The notes under the pieces are model-generated. The model saw only the letters and a list, made by a program, of their open reading frames with translations. It did not search any database and was not told the origin of the DNA. A stretch of 59,040 bases of DNA, the filler included, from Circinaria calcarea (lineage: Eukaryota): assembly GCA_051942165.1 (NCBI GenBank). It is 4 parts of 4 records of this genome, joined end to end, with 100 filler letters (N's around TTAATTAATTAA, not from the genome) between each part and the next. Parts side by side here need not be neighbours in the genome. Positions count along the whole stretch, not along the records: positions 1 to 14,750 come from JAVECS010000408.1; 3 more parts are not named here. The stretch is one strand, 5' to 3'. Of the stretch, positions 1 to 12,400 are shown one piece after another (the stretch's first letter is position 1; each line of letters opens with the position of its first letter). A program made the translations under genes and the position numbers.

Positions 1-240
1 TTAATATACTTTCTAAGATATAATAATTTATAAAAATCCAATATTTTTCTACCGAAATATATAAGAAATAATTTTAATTTCTATTATATTTCTGATAATT
101 AATAGATATTTAATAACGATATATTAATATGGACCTATATCAGGCCAAGATTTTAACGAAGTTTATTTGTAAAAAAGTTATTATATAAAATAATGCTCAG
201 ATGAGACGCAAAGTATAACGATAAGGAATTTACTTAGTTA
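1..240. mobile_element. AT-rich, probably RIP-degraded repeat/transposon relic
   Basis: Very AT-rich with abundant TpA and no ORF, in contrast to the balanced-GC gene space that follows. Consistent with repeat-induced point mutation; family not identifiable. Confidence 0.4.
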
Positions 241-1101
241 TAATTAGACTAGCAGTGGAGCTTCGAAATAGAAATTTATGGAGTGGAGTCTTCCAGACGG
301 TAATACCAGGAAGAATTTCAAAACAGCAGAGACTAGATCGTCCCGATAATATCAGAACAGGCCGTATTGAACGACCCTCGGCAGAAAGTGCAGCTGGATA
401 ACGACAAAGAGAGCGAGGATGCAGATTCCACAAAAGATATCAAGCTTGTTTCGCTGATCACTCTAAAGAAAACGCTAAACACACAACAATATATTTCCCC
501 TTTCTGATATTACCCTGGACAGTAAGAGAGAAGACCTTAATCAGAATACTGTAAACCCTAGTAAATGATATACCGGATGATTCCACTTCTAGGAAGGTGA
601 AAGGCAAGACAAGTGACTCGATCTGAAGAATTTAAACTCAGACACGTAGAGTGTCGTTTAATGCCGACAGTGCTTTGTAAAGATTGAGACAATCCTCAAG
701 GAGTAATTCGCTTGAAAGGTGATGGTTGAATGGTTGAGCACAGAGTAGACCAAGAAAGCTCCGGGGCTCGGCCTTATTTTACCCGGATTCTAGTCTTATC
801 ACGCGATAGTAGACCACGGCAGTGAACGACTGTTTGCATTTGCTAGACTTGTAGACACTTAATGTATTCGGATTGGCGGTGCACATCTCTTTATTCCTAC
901 ATGTTTGTGTCTTCCGTGATAGTCTGACCTCTCCCAATCTTTGACATCTATACCATCTGGACATACTCTAGCCACTCTGAAGCTGCCATTCACATCCTAG
1001 TACGCCTGTCCAAGCTCAGCTCCCTCAGCTTCATGGGAAAGCAGAGGCCCGAAGCTTGGATTGTCGAATAACCAGCAAGGGAGCTGGCCTTACTGGTGGA
1101 C

Positions 1102-2121
1102 ATGTGTATAGTTCTCATATCCACTGCTCATCCTAAGTACCCTCTGATCTTAGTCAACAACCGTGATGTACGGCAGGCATCCCGCATATCAGTCCCCATG
1201 CTTACCGCGGTAATACATTAGGAGTACTTGAACCGCCCAACCGCTCGGGCAGCTTGGTGGGCTCCTCCGAACCAACATGTCCTTGGCGGGCGTGATCTCC
1301 TCCGTGATGTACAGGGTACATGGCTAGGCGTGACTAAAGACGGCCGTATTGCCGTCTTGACGAACTTTCGGGAAAGGGGGCAAGAGCATGTAGGGATCAG
1401 GAGCCGTGGAGCTATGGTCAACGCCTTCTTGACACAAGCTCCAAAGGCTGCAACAGATACCGAGGATTTCATAAAGGCCTTGGTTGAGGATGATGGCATC
1501 TTAGGAGTGGGCGGTTTCAGCCTGGTCTGTGGATTTATCGGAAAGCCTCTAGCAGTGGTGTCGAACCGGACGCCGAGCGTCGAAGGCACTATCCGAATAG
1601 CTGCCAGACAAGGCGAGACAATTGGGCTGAGCAATGCTGCGTTTGGGGATCGATCTTGGCCAAAGGTTGTAAAGGGAGAGGACCTCATGGCCTCAGCGAT
1701 TGAGAAGAGTATTCGTGAAGAATATACCAAAGAGCAACTCATCAATGAGATGATGCAGCTTCTTAGCATTGACACATTGCCTAGACGTGAAGATGGTGAA
1801 GGTTTGGAGAGCTATATTAGTCAACTGAGGAACAGCATCTTCATACCGGTGATTGGTAGCGAAAGCACCAAAGAGACACCGGCGGATGAAGTCGCTGCGG
1901 CAAGCAAAAGCCAGCCTTTGCATGTTATGGATTCATCTCGGAAAACTTCCGACAACGTTGACACAAGTGGCTCTTACGGAACACAGAAGCAGACGACTGT
2001 ATTAGTTGACCAAAATGGACTTGTAACGTTCATGGAGCGGACACTATACGATGAATCTGGAAGGGCTATCCCTAAGGAAGCGGCTGATTTGACATTTGAA
2101 TTCAAACTTGAAAAGAGATAA
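1102..2121 (+). CDS. TANGO2/NRDE (DUF833) family protein, 2 exons
   Basis: Exon 1 1102-1167 reads MCIVLISTAHPKYPLILVNNRD. Intron 1168-1221 (GTACGG..TAG). Exon 2 starts EYLNRPT, completing the NRDE motif. Also GGRD, GTWLG, LTNFRE, SRG, GLSN and YGTQKQT motifs. Confidence 0.9.
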
Positions 2122-2638
2122 CAGCATAACCATCAACTCCGCCGTCATATGTGTGTTTTGCCGACAAATGAGCGGATGCAACATGAGCCTTTAGCCTTTT
2201 CTACTTCTTTCTGGGGCTCCTTTATCTATAAATATAGGATAATGGATCTAAACAGCAACACAGAGGATAACTACAAGTAGAGGGTTGAATCAAAGAAAGA
2301 GTTGGAAAGATTTTGGTGGCGGGTTGGTATATCGCTACAGTAAAAGTACCACAATCTTCTCTGCCAATATCAAAAAGGCAAAGCATACAAGAGATAGTAT
2401 ATCGCTAGCAGCCACCCAACAAACCCAGGGAAACGTCTAATCAGCCGATCTCAAATTTTGGCAAAGCCGGCACGAGCCGACGAGAAGCAGTCACCAAAGA
2501 TGGTATAATTGGAAGCAACTTGATCGTTCTCTGTGTTCATCGAAGGGTGCGACTAGAGTAGAGTACACGAATTCCAGGCCATCGGTAAAAGACTCCCGTC
2601 GCCCGAACTGTCTTTACTCTCTGATGAGTTTATTGACA

Positions 2639-3400
2639 CTATCTTCCCTCGTGGACTTTGGGAAAAGAGACGAGATCTGCCAGGGTTGGCATGATGCCGG
2701 AGACGCAGCCGCGAAGCGGTTTGGCGGCAAGAGCACCAGAACGGTATTCTGGACCCTTAGCTCGACTGATAATTTGATGCTAGTAATTGGAGAAGGATGG
2801 CGAACATTGCCGCTGTATCCTCGAGGGCCGTTTTCCGAAGTCCCCTGAAGGATCCTGAGTTGCCCCCCCTAATTGAGGGGCTTCCGAATAGAAGCCGGAA
2901 AAGGAAAAGACACATAGGTCACCGCGATGTTGATGGTGGTGATGATCACTCAAAAGCGGAATTGTGACGATCTGCGGCGGGCCGATACGGCATTTGTTGT
3001 GACCGAGAAATCCAAAGTTGCCCCCTCGGAGGTACTTACGTTTGTGGTCCCTTGATTGGGAGTCATTCATTGCTTTTCGAACATCGCAAAGCCATAGCCC
3101 AAACCAGGGGAGCTCCACAAATGAACCGGTCCCGAAGGATCCGAGTGTGGTGTCATGGTCGGCTGGCTCCCTTTCACCTAGGGCTGGCTTCTTTTCATCT
3201 AGACCGCCAACCTCATGCGTATTCGGAATCTTTGCATGATCATGCAGCGAGGCATCCGCTCTTGTTGGGCCATCTGCGCCACCATGTGGCTGTAGGGTTG
3301 GGTTTGTTGTGTGAATGTATGCTCCCCATATGCGCTGAATGCCTGAGGGGGTGTCTGTTGTCTCTGCTCGGCGCGTACCATGGCTGGACTGCTGCGCCAT
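2639..3400 (-). CDS. Possible small orphan protein (~156 aa, 2 exons) with spliced 5' leader
   Basis: ATG at 3400 in CAAAAATGG context. GTAAGT donor at 3039, GCTAAG branch-like site and CAG acceptor at 2749, stop 2639-2641. Further intron-like segments upstream (3861-3920; donor at 3740). No recognisable domain. Confidence 0.3.
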
Positions 3401-5608
3401 TTTTGTTGCTTGAGAAAGAAGAAAAATTTGGAGTGGGCTCCTGTGAGAGTGGTGGAGGAGGATATGGTGTTGTCGATTTGTGATGGGGCGAAAGATTGAG
3501 AAAAGGAAGACGACCAGCGTCTATAAGGTGAGCAATGAGGGGCCAGCCCCCAAGCCAACAGATGGCCATGGAATGAAGTCGCGGCAGGAGTTTGGGCTTG
3601 TGGCCTAGTCCAGGAGCGATAGCTGTGTTAGCAGCCACATCATCTATCGCGTCTACATCAGCAATCTACCATTTATCCCGATCCACCATCTGCACTACCA
3701 CAACACCCACCTCCATGTCAAGATATTTCCCGATCCTTACCAGTTAGGCTGAAAACAGTTCGCCCAACGTGGTAGCCTCTGTCGAACAATCGTGGCTGGA
3801 TTTTCCCGAGTACTTCTGTCGTCTAGAAAGCTTGATACCGCACGGGGCTGTACAGATCTCCTAGGCCCCAGCGAGAAGTAAGAATTAACCTCCGCATCCG
3901 TACGAAGGTTGCACACTCACAGATGAGGTAATGTCGGGTGCCCCAGCATCTGGCTGAGATTATTCAGGACCGAGCGCCAGGGCAGGCGTCGGGAAGAGGG
4001 TACGATGGGCCCCAATAGGAGAGTTACTCAGTACTTCATGGAGGATAACAACACAGAGTTGAGATGGCTTTCGCCAACTGTTCTTCGGTGTAACTGGTCA
4101 TGTCCCCACCCCCCACACTCAGGTGAAGGTGATCTTGGCGGCTTTGGTGGCTTTTTCTCCTTCGGAGGCTTTGGATGCCATGGCTACTGGGCCTGCCAGG
4201 GACTGACGCTGTCCTGCTTTTGTGAAAGGATTTGGTAGGGTGTATTGGCGGGAACCATGAAGGAGGCGGAGGAGAGAAAGAAAGGAGCGGGTCTCGGCGA
4301 GAGAGAGATTGACCGTAAGAAGAGACGGAAGGCGGAAGTGAGGGCGAAGAAGAAAACTTGAGCGGGATCTCGGTGAGATTGTTTCAATACGACAAGATGG
4401 AGAGGTAGTTCAGAAGTTTCACGAATGGCAAATCACGTGTTTGGATTGGAGTACTCTCACCAGTACACAAATGGGCGAACAAGGCTTAGCTCCACCGGAA
4501 AAGCCCTGAACGGGGTCTTTTCGTTTGTTTTATAACCGCGCTAGTGCGGATTCGGACCTATGGTAACCTCACCCGCTCCAAAGTGATTTCACACTATCTA
4601 TCTAACCGATCCCCTATAACAAAAGTAGGTTTGGTAACCATTTACTATAAAGTAAAAAGTGGCCATGCGGACTATGGTAAAAAGCCCCTAACGAGTATTT
4701 TCGGCGTTTTTCCAGTATGTACAGTTTCGTCAGAGCAAACAGGTGAGCAAGCGGGGCCGACAGTCAGTCCCTAGAAAATTTGAGAAATTTGAGAAATCTG
4801 TGTACGGTTTGAGTAATTTCCGGCTCCGGGACTTGGAAGGGATGTGGCATTGGAGATTTGGAGAGCCCATCTCGAGAGAGAGTCGAGTAAAGTTAGTTAC
4901 TTTTTTATCCCGTACCAGTACCGAAGATTTATTTGTGACTGAAATCCCCTACCTGGGTATGCGGTCGGTTACATTTGAGGAGGGGAAAGGAGAGGAATGG
5001 CCAGGAATGGGCAGGTCATGGCTAGGTTACGATTCCATTCGACGATTTGAGGTTACGAGGTGGTGGATGGGAAAGGTAGTAGATTTGAGCGCGATGCATG
5101 TGTATGTAATTTTTCCGTCCCTGCTCTGATGGCTACAGTAAGATAGATGGTTTCTCGTACTTGAGAAACTTCTCTCACCCACCAAATGCCAAGAATACAA
5201 GCACAGGATAATGGTCCATACCCTCACTCTCGCACTGATTAAATCACAGACCCTCGCCATATCCTACCACGTCCTCTTCACGTGACTTCCCAAACGACCA
5301 CTTCACGTGGGAAGCAATCAGGCCAAAAGTCCATCGTTCGATTTGTTTGCGACCACCAATACCAAAAATCCAACCACCGCGGGGGTTTTGGTTGAGAATC
5401 CGTGAGCTGTCCGGTCATTTCATGCTTCAGCATGATCGGAACAATCTTTATCGGGTTTGCTCGATCAAACGGGGTGGTTTGGACTATGTTCTAGATGGGC
5501 TAGATGTTAGCTTGGAGGTAGGAAGGTATAAGACCAATCCCTCTGACCGTGGATATGGAGACCAACCCTCTTTCACTGTGGATTTTGGACGAACGCTCAA
5601 GGCTTAGC

Positions 5609-6229
5609 ATGGCAGCTCATGCCCATCATCCATATTACCAAGAAGCGCGATACCGGGATCCACACTTTCAAGACGACAACGGAGCAGTGCCCAGGTGGCG
5701 TCCCGACGGGCGCAAGGGATGGAAACCAGGACAGTCACGAGCAGCTTTTATCTGGCCACGCGACAAAGGCATCACCAGCAATCCGTCGCATTCTTGGCGG
5801 AGGCTCAAAGACGTCCTGACGGGAAAAGGCCCAGGCATCTGGATTGGAGATCGACGTAGTTTCGGGCCTGACCGAGCCACCTGGTCGAATTGGAAAGAGT
5901 ATGACAACCTGGGCTACCGAATGGAACCCGATGAGATTGCCGGTTTTTATGCTGGGCCTGGAAATAAGAGGTATGACTTCTACACGAGAAAGTATCAAGT
6001 GCCAAGGCACCACACCTGGAGTGATGTCAAATGGGAGCGGCGTCGACATCCCAAGCACAGCTTTTACCACCGAGACGTGACTGGGGAGGAGTGGTGCGAC
6101 TTGCCCACGGGGGACTTACCGCACTCAGGCCCAGAAGCCAACCTCTTCAGATATAAATTTGATACTCCCTTTTTTGATTGGGGTCGACCGAGGAACAATG
6201 ACTTTTATTATAACCATTATATACCTTGA
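5609..6229 (+). CDS. Hypothetical Trp/Arg/Tyr-rich protein (~206 aa)
   Basis: Uninterrupted ORF from ATG 5609 (MAAHAHHPYY...) with protein-like composition; no recognised family. Confidence 0.55.
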   Translation: MAAHAHHPYYQEARYRDPHFQDDNGAVPRWRPDGRKGWKPGQSRAAFIWPRDKGITSNPSHSWRRLKDVLTGKGPGIWIGDRRSFGPDRATWSNWKEYDNLGYRMEPDEIAGFYAGPGNKRYDFYTRKYQVPRHHTWSDVKWERRRHPKHSFYHRDVTGEEWCDLPTGDLPHSGPEANLFRYKFDTPFFDWGRPRNNDFYYNHYIP

Positions 6230-6248
6230 AGATCTAGCAGCACCTTGA

Positions 6249-7293
6249 TCACATACAGGTGGGGTGCGTCGCGAGCCATCGAATCGAGTGCGTTCCGTCA
6301 GACGACTTCGTCTTCTTTCTGGTCCTCACAACTGGGAACTGCGCGTCGTTATCCAGTAACCTGTCACAGTTTTCGCATGCTCTTGTCAAGATGTCGGAAT
6401 AGGAAGCGAGCAGCTCCTGAACAATGTTAGCCACAGCGTCGAGAATTTGAGTATCGGATTCAAGTCCGTACAAGGAGGTATGGAAGATCATTTAATTTCG
6501 GCCGCCCTGCGATGCTTTTGAGGATGCCGGCATGTAAGTGGGAGATCTGCTTGCAGGTTACAGTATAGATGGTGGTGTTTCCGGTGTTGAGTTTTGTGTC
6601 GATATAGAAACGTATGCGCGAGGGACGAGGGAGTTGAACCTGTTGAGCTCAGTATGATTGCCGCCTCGGCTTCGTGCGGTGCTTGGTACTTCTAGCTGCT
6701 GGCTTTCTTCATCCCTCAAAACCTCAATGCCGGGATGTGCTTCTCGGAAGTTTTCCAACAGTTGGGGGATATCCTCAGCTCCATGTTTGGAGTTCTTTTC
6801 ATCCACCTCGTCTTCTTCATCGAGCTTTAGATCTCTAATGCCATCTTCCGCAGCTCCTTGAAGCCAGTCTTCATGCTGCGTGACTAGCCAGCCCATGATC
6901 CCCTTGTTATTCGTAGCCCTGCTCTCTTTCGCTCTCTCTAGGACCTCTTTGTTTCCGGAATCATGCATGGTTGTAGTAAAACGCTGGATATCGGATACAA
7001 CATTCGTGGCGGTTTGAGCGAATGCTTTGTAAAGATTCTCAGGAGACGAGTGCTCGATATGCATTGAGCGCACTAGACATGGGACTGTTTCGCGAAGACG
7101 CCGTAGCTACATGGCAACAGTGAGCACAAATGCAGGTCACCCGGACGCTTAACGTATAGCTGATTCCGATTGTGTTTACCTGGATATGCATTTCTTGCAG
7201 TCGGGCAAGTGCCTTGATGATGCGAGCTTCATCCCATTCCGTGTCCAGCACAGGAGCCGGCTCTAGCTTGATTGGCAGCGAATTCACCTCCAT
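6249..7293 (-). CDS. MED27: Mediator complex subunit 27-like protein, 4 exons
   Basis: Three GT-AG introns (first 7107-7179) join WDEARIIKALARLQEMHIQ|LRRLRETVP...NDLPYLL|ELLASYSDILTRACENCDRLLD...WLATHPTC. The C-terminal CxxC..LLD..P..R..W..H..C pattern resembles the Med27 domain. Confidence 0.7.
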
Positions 7294-7652
7294 TGATGGC
7301 TCTTGTGATTGATCAATGGACAACACTCAAACGGAGAGTTATAAGTGAACGGCATGGCTTAACCTGCTTATTACCCACCACTAGGCTAAGAGGCCCGTGC
7401 ATTGCACATGTCAAGAGCACAACTACAAGAGTCAGTTTCACCGGGGGAGAGACGGTCATCCAGGAGCTAAATGCTCATGCCTTACAACAGTGTCTACATG
7501 TAAAGGAGTATGTACGTCCTCCATAGCCATGCTAGCCACATGTCTCATTCTAGTAATCAACCATCTGCGCTGGTGAGCGGGAAGTTTGATACAAACACAA
7601 CATGCCTTTTCCTATTAGACACATTTGATTCGGACATTGCCATTGCTGGCAT

Positions 7653-8880
7653 TCAGTTGAAACCCTGACCCCGACCTCGGCCACGGGCTCGGGCGTAGAG
7701 ATCGTCGCTGTATAGTCGACGGCTATCCTGTCCAACTCCGTTATCTCTATTTCTCCAAACATCTCTCCGGTCATCACGTCGCGCATTGCGGCCGTCAGCC
7801 ATCTCCACGTCCATTTCGTCCTCCTTGGCATCAAATCCATAGCTTCCATCTTGGAATTCGGGATCCGCGCGCCTCCTGTTCCTGTCTGACAGCTCTCTCT
7901 GAGCATTGTAGGCGTCATTTGGGCGGGTGAGGTCTGAACGTGATGCTCTAGGTTCTGTTGGGGCTACTCGAACTGGCGTTGCCTCCGGTAGAACAGCAGG
8001 TGTCGGTGGCCCTCCTTTCATGTAGACATGAAGTAACCGGCCGTCAGCCTATCACAGAAGATTAGTAGTTGCAATTCGAAACATTGTTTGCAAACCGTTC
8101 TCTGCGTCGAATGTAACGTACTTTCTGATTGTTGAAAGTTGCCACGACTTTCTCTGCGCCTGCTTTGTCTAGGAAAACCATCTCTGCAATGACCGTGGGT
8201 GAAGTTGTAATGATTCGGCAAGACTGCATATCACCACCAAGGGGTACCATGGCTGATTCTATATCTGCGCTTGTAGTGCCGGGGGCAAAATTGCTCCCAA
8301 TGACCACATATGGACCAGCCAGGCCACGTATACTCATGCCATTCCCTGCCCCTCGGAGGTTTGCTTGAGCGCCTGCGCCGTCATGTTCTTGAGCGGTTAC
8401 TGCGGCGTCATGTAACCGATTTATCCTGGCGGTGCGCGAGTTTGAATGATTTCTAGGCTGACGAGAAATTCGGGATGCTTTTGGATTGTTGACTTGATGC
8501 AGGTCATGACCCCAGGCTGTATTGATACCAGCTTTTAAATTAGGCGTAGAGATTGCGGAGCGAACAGCTGCTGGTCGCGGTGACGCCTGTTCAGGATCAG
8601 GTAAGCTTATCATCTCTAGAGTCGTTCTAGAATGTTAACCTTCGTGACTCCAAGCCTACTAGCCAAGCTGGCTCCAGTCCCAGCCTTGCGCTTCCCTACT
8701 CCCAGAGGGTGACTGGCTTTGCGCCCTTTACCAAGAATCTCATTGGCGAGCGCTTCGTTCTTCTTCCGTAGACGATCTTTTGTATCCCTCAGCAATTCAG
8801 ATCTTGTACCTACTCAACTAGGAAAGCTCACCAGCTTGAATCATTTCATCAAAGGAAGGAACGTCTTTACCGGCAGCCAT
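7653..8880 (-). CDS. Conserved fungal protein with RRM-like domain and RG-rich tail, 4 exons
   Basis: MAAGKDVPSFDEMIQA|DRLRKKNEALANEILG...; SIRGLAGPYVVIGSNFAPGTTSADIESAM...AEMVF...VVATFNNQK|ADGRLLHVY; ends RGRGRGQGFN. Canonical intron signals. Confidence 0.75.
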
Positions 8881-9417
8881 GACTTCAGTCTAAATCAATC
8901 AGGGCCAAACAGGTCAGAGCAGAGCTTCGAGGATCGCACTCATGCTCATGGAAATTTATGAGGTGCAGACGTTGAGATCTGATAACCGCACAGTCGCGCT
9001 GACTTTTTAGCGCGTATTGATATTAGATACGGCGGACTATTTAGACCTTAGCTTGTCTAAGCGAGCTGTCGAATAAGGTCTGGGGGACTTCTCCCTTCTT
9101 TCCTTACAGTGCCTCTTACCTTCTATATCCAGTTCATGTTTTGGTCTGTTTCTCTTTCCTCATTTGCGGCGTCTTGTTTACCTTTCGTCATCATGCTACC
9201 TGCTCCTCCCTCCACTCTAAAGGCCTATTTACATCCACCGCGCTTCAATTGAACCGCTTTTCCTTTGCAACGTTACGACCCTTTCAGCATTGTATCTTCT
9301 CATCATAGCATAACAGCAATTGCTGCTATCCGATTCCGTTCTACTCACGATCCAGGCCGCCTCAGTCTAGATCATCTCCTCCTTTCTTTCTACTCTCAAT
9401 ACTCCACGGACGCTACA

Positions 9418-12400
9418 ATGTCATTTCTGAAAACCCGATTGAGCCAGATATGGCGACGTAGTGAGGATGTCGAGGATCACAATACGGAGAATAGGAAACG
9501 ATCAGAGAGCCAATCCGCCGTCTCTATCGCAGACTCTGGCTGTTTCAGTGCCAGCAGTATTCAGATAACGGATTCTGACCAAATGTCTGAATTGGAGATG
9601 TGTCCAAGTACGATCGATACGTCCGCTATTAATCATCACGCTTCTCCTCCGGGCGATTCACCAAGTAAACGTACCTTGAATAAGGTAGCATCCAGGACCT
9701 TCAAGATGTTCTCCGATACCATTCGGTCCAAGACCCAAATGTTCTATGTGACGCCAGAGGGGTTAGAGACTCCAGTTCCCACTGAGAAAGACAGTCCCGA
9801 GAAACAGAAGCCAAGTATCAAGGCCCCACTATCACTTCGAGGACGAGCCACCAGAGAAGCTCGAGTCACGGATGATTCAGGCGAGCCACCTGCCAGGACT
9901 CTGACTCCGACCAGCTTACCGCATGAGCTTAACGTATACATCCCAGATGCGAGCCTCCTAGAACCAAAGCCGGTCACAACGCCGACCAAATTCAACTCGG
10001 TATCATCATACGAAGATAATGGGTACATTGCAGAAGTGGATACCACCAAGGTTGCTCCTTCGATGACTTCCTCCGCTCTCGTCAACCATGAGACACCATC
10101 ATGCATCATGCTACCCTCAACTCCTGCGGGGTCTCCTAGATCTCAAGTCGGCGGATCCTTATTTGTTAAGGGCAATCGTGAGTGTATTCCCTTGGCTGGG
10201 GCTCGATCTCCATTTCGTCGAGCGATACTCGACCAGAAGGTACAAACATTGCCCATTAACGGTTCACAGGAAAAGAAGGACGGTAATCAGAGACAGCTAG
10301 AGGTGTACCATCGAGTTCTTGTCAACCGTACTAATGGCGTGCCGCCCGCACTCAAAGATCTTTTCGTCAGCCCTACTGAGGATCAAGCTACCAATGCCAG
10401 ATTCAAGATGCAAGTCTTACCAGCAGAATCTTATGAGGTGGACTCGAAAGTATCCAGTGAAATAACAAGTCTGCCCGGTATGGGTCCGAAACTTACCTGG
10501 GATGAAACCAGAGCCGACCGTCAACAAGATTTTCTAGGCAGCGAGGCAATGACTCCTGAAACTGAATCGGACACCGAGGACGATATGACACTTGAGCTTC
10601 GACCGTGCAGTACCGTGGCCTTACCAGAAGTCCTTCGACCCGAGGAGCGTTCGAGGGCCAAGTCGGACCCTATGAAGCTTCCAACCTACAAGAAGGTACG
10701 ATTTGAAACCTCTTGGCCAACCAGTGCCCTCAAATATGCTATCGAGGCCATTGAGAAAAGCAGTGGTGACGCTTTGGATGCTGAATTAGACGAGGCAGCC
10801 CGCGTTACAAGTGCACTACAATATGCTGTCGAGGCTATCGAGAAACCAAGTGGCACAACTATGAACGATGAAGTTCACGAAGTATCGAGTCCGACTGGGG
10901 CCTTTACATATGTTTTTGAAGCAGTTCAAAAGCCCAATGGTCCTGTTGTTGACGCCGTCATGAATCCCGGTGATCTCAATCTTGATTCTGTCATTCGTAT
11001 ACTTCGGAAAGATTCGAAGAGTCAAGAACCCAGGATGAGAGTGGTATTTGAAGACGACAGGTCTCATCTTCCGGCCAAGGATGAACAGAGTAGCGACTCT
11101 ACGGACATGTTACTTCCAGCAACCCAAACAGACAATAGCCTACTAAAGACTCCTTCAAAATCGGAATACTTGATAGGCGGTTCATCAACTCACAACAGGT
11201 CGGTATCAGCGCAAAGCGCTGCTACGACAGACAGCTGTGCTGTCACTACCCACAGCAAGCTTTGTTATAATCCTCTAAGCTTTCCAGGTCTTCATATTCG
11301 CACAACTCCAGTCCGTCGCACTTCCAGCATTAATGCACAAGTTCACGCAGGTCTTATATACCAGGAAGACCAAGAAGTCTTACCCAAGACACGCCAATCG
11401 TCAAGATCCCTTTCCGGATGTTCCGTAGAAGTACAGCCCCCAAGTCCAACAAAGGAGAAAATTCTGGTGGAGGATGAGTTCTCCTTGGACTGTACTCCAA
11501 CGGGAAACCAAATGGAAACTTCTCAACCGCCTCTATTGGTCGCTTTACCAGAGACAAGCACAATACGGCAGTGTGATCTGGACCAGAAACACGGCCTCGG
11601 TAGTCCAAGACGTTCATCCAGCATGTGCGCGCCTGATGGGGACTTCCATCTTGGTGATACAGAGCCTGATATATGTGATTCGCCAGAGCCTATCCCTCCT
11701 CCTTATTATGAGAGGCGATTAGAGAGCTTCGTGTCACAAGGACTCATTCCTCGAGAGGCGATCCCTCAGGTGAGCAGTTTGATCGATCGGTTGACGCCCC
11801 CTCGTCTCTCTCCTTCCGCCGAAGTACTACAAACTTATGCCGTCCGCAGGAACAGTATCACCAAAGCAGACACATTATACACTACTAGTCCAGAAACGCC
11901 ATCGATTTCGAGAAAGGCGTCCAATGTTGAGATCTCCAGCGTCGGACAGACAACAACTGCAAGCAGCGCGTCACCGAGTCTTTCAGTAAACCGCCTATCT
12001 CAAATACCACTTCACGAGTCAGATTTGGTGACCTTGTCGACCTCTTGGTTTGAATCCTTCAGACCTACCAATGTTGATGAAGCTGGCACTATGTCACCGA
12101 GATTTTCTATGGACATTTTGCCCCAGATGCCATTTGATGAGGAAGACATTGTGCCGTTACCAACCTCTTGGTTTGAGAGAGAAGCGTTCAATGATAAGAC
12201 CTCCACAACCGGACGAGTTGCTGTTACGAGTGGTATGTCACCGAATCTCCCAATGGACATCTTACCACAAGTCCCATTTGACGAAACAGATGTTGTGCCA
12301 CTACCAATCTCCTGGTTTGAGAGAAGAACATCCAATGAGAAGGCTTCTATAGTCGGATGGGATGCTGTTGCCAATAGCATCTCACCAAATCTCCCAATGG

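Noticed and set aside
2400..4390. Possible telomerase RNA or antizyme frameshift gene
   Set aside because: No TAACCCTAA-type template and no antizyme-like second ORF found; kept only as an unexplained spliced locus.
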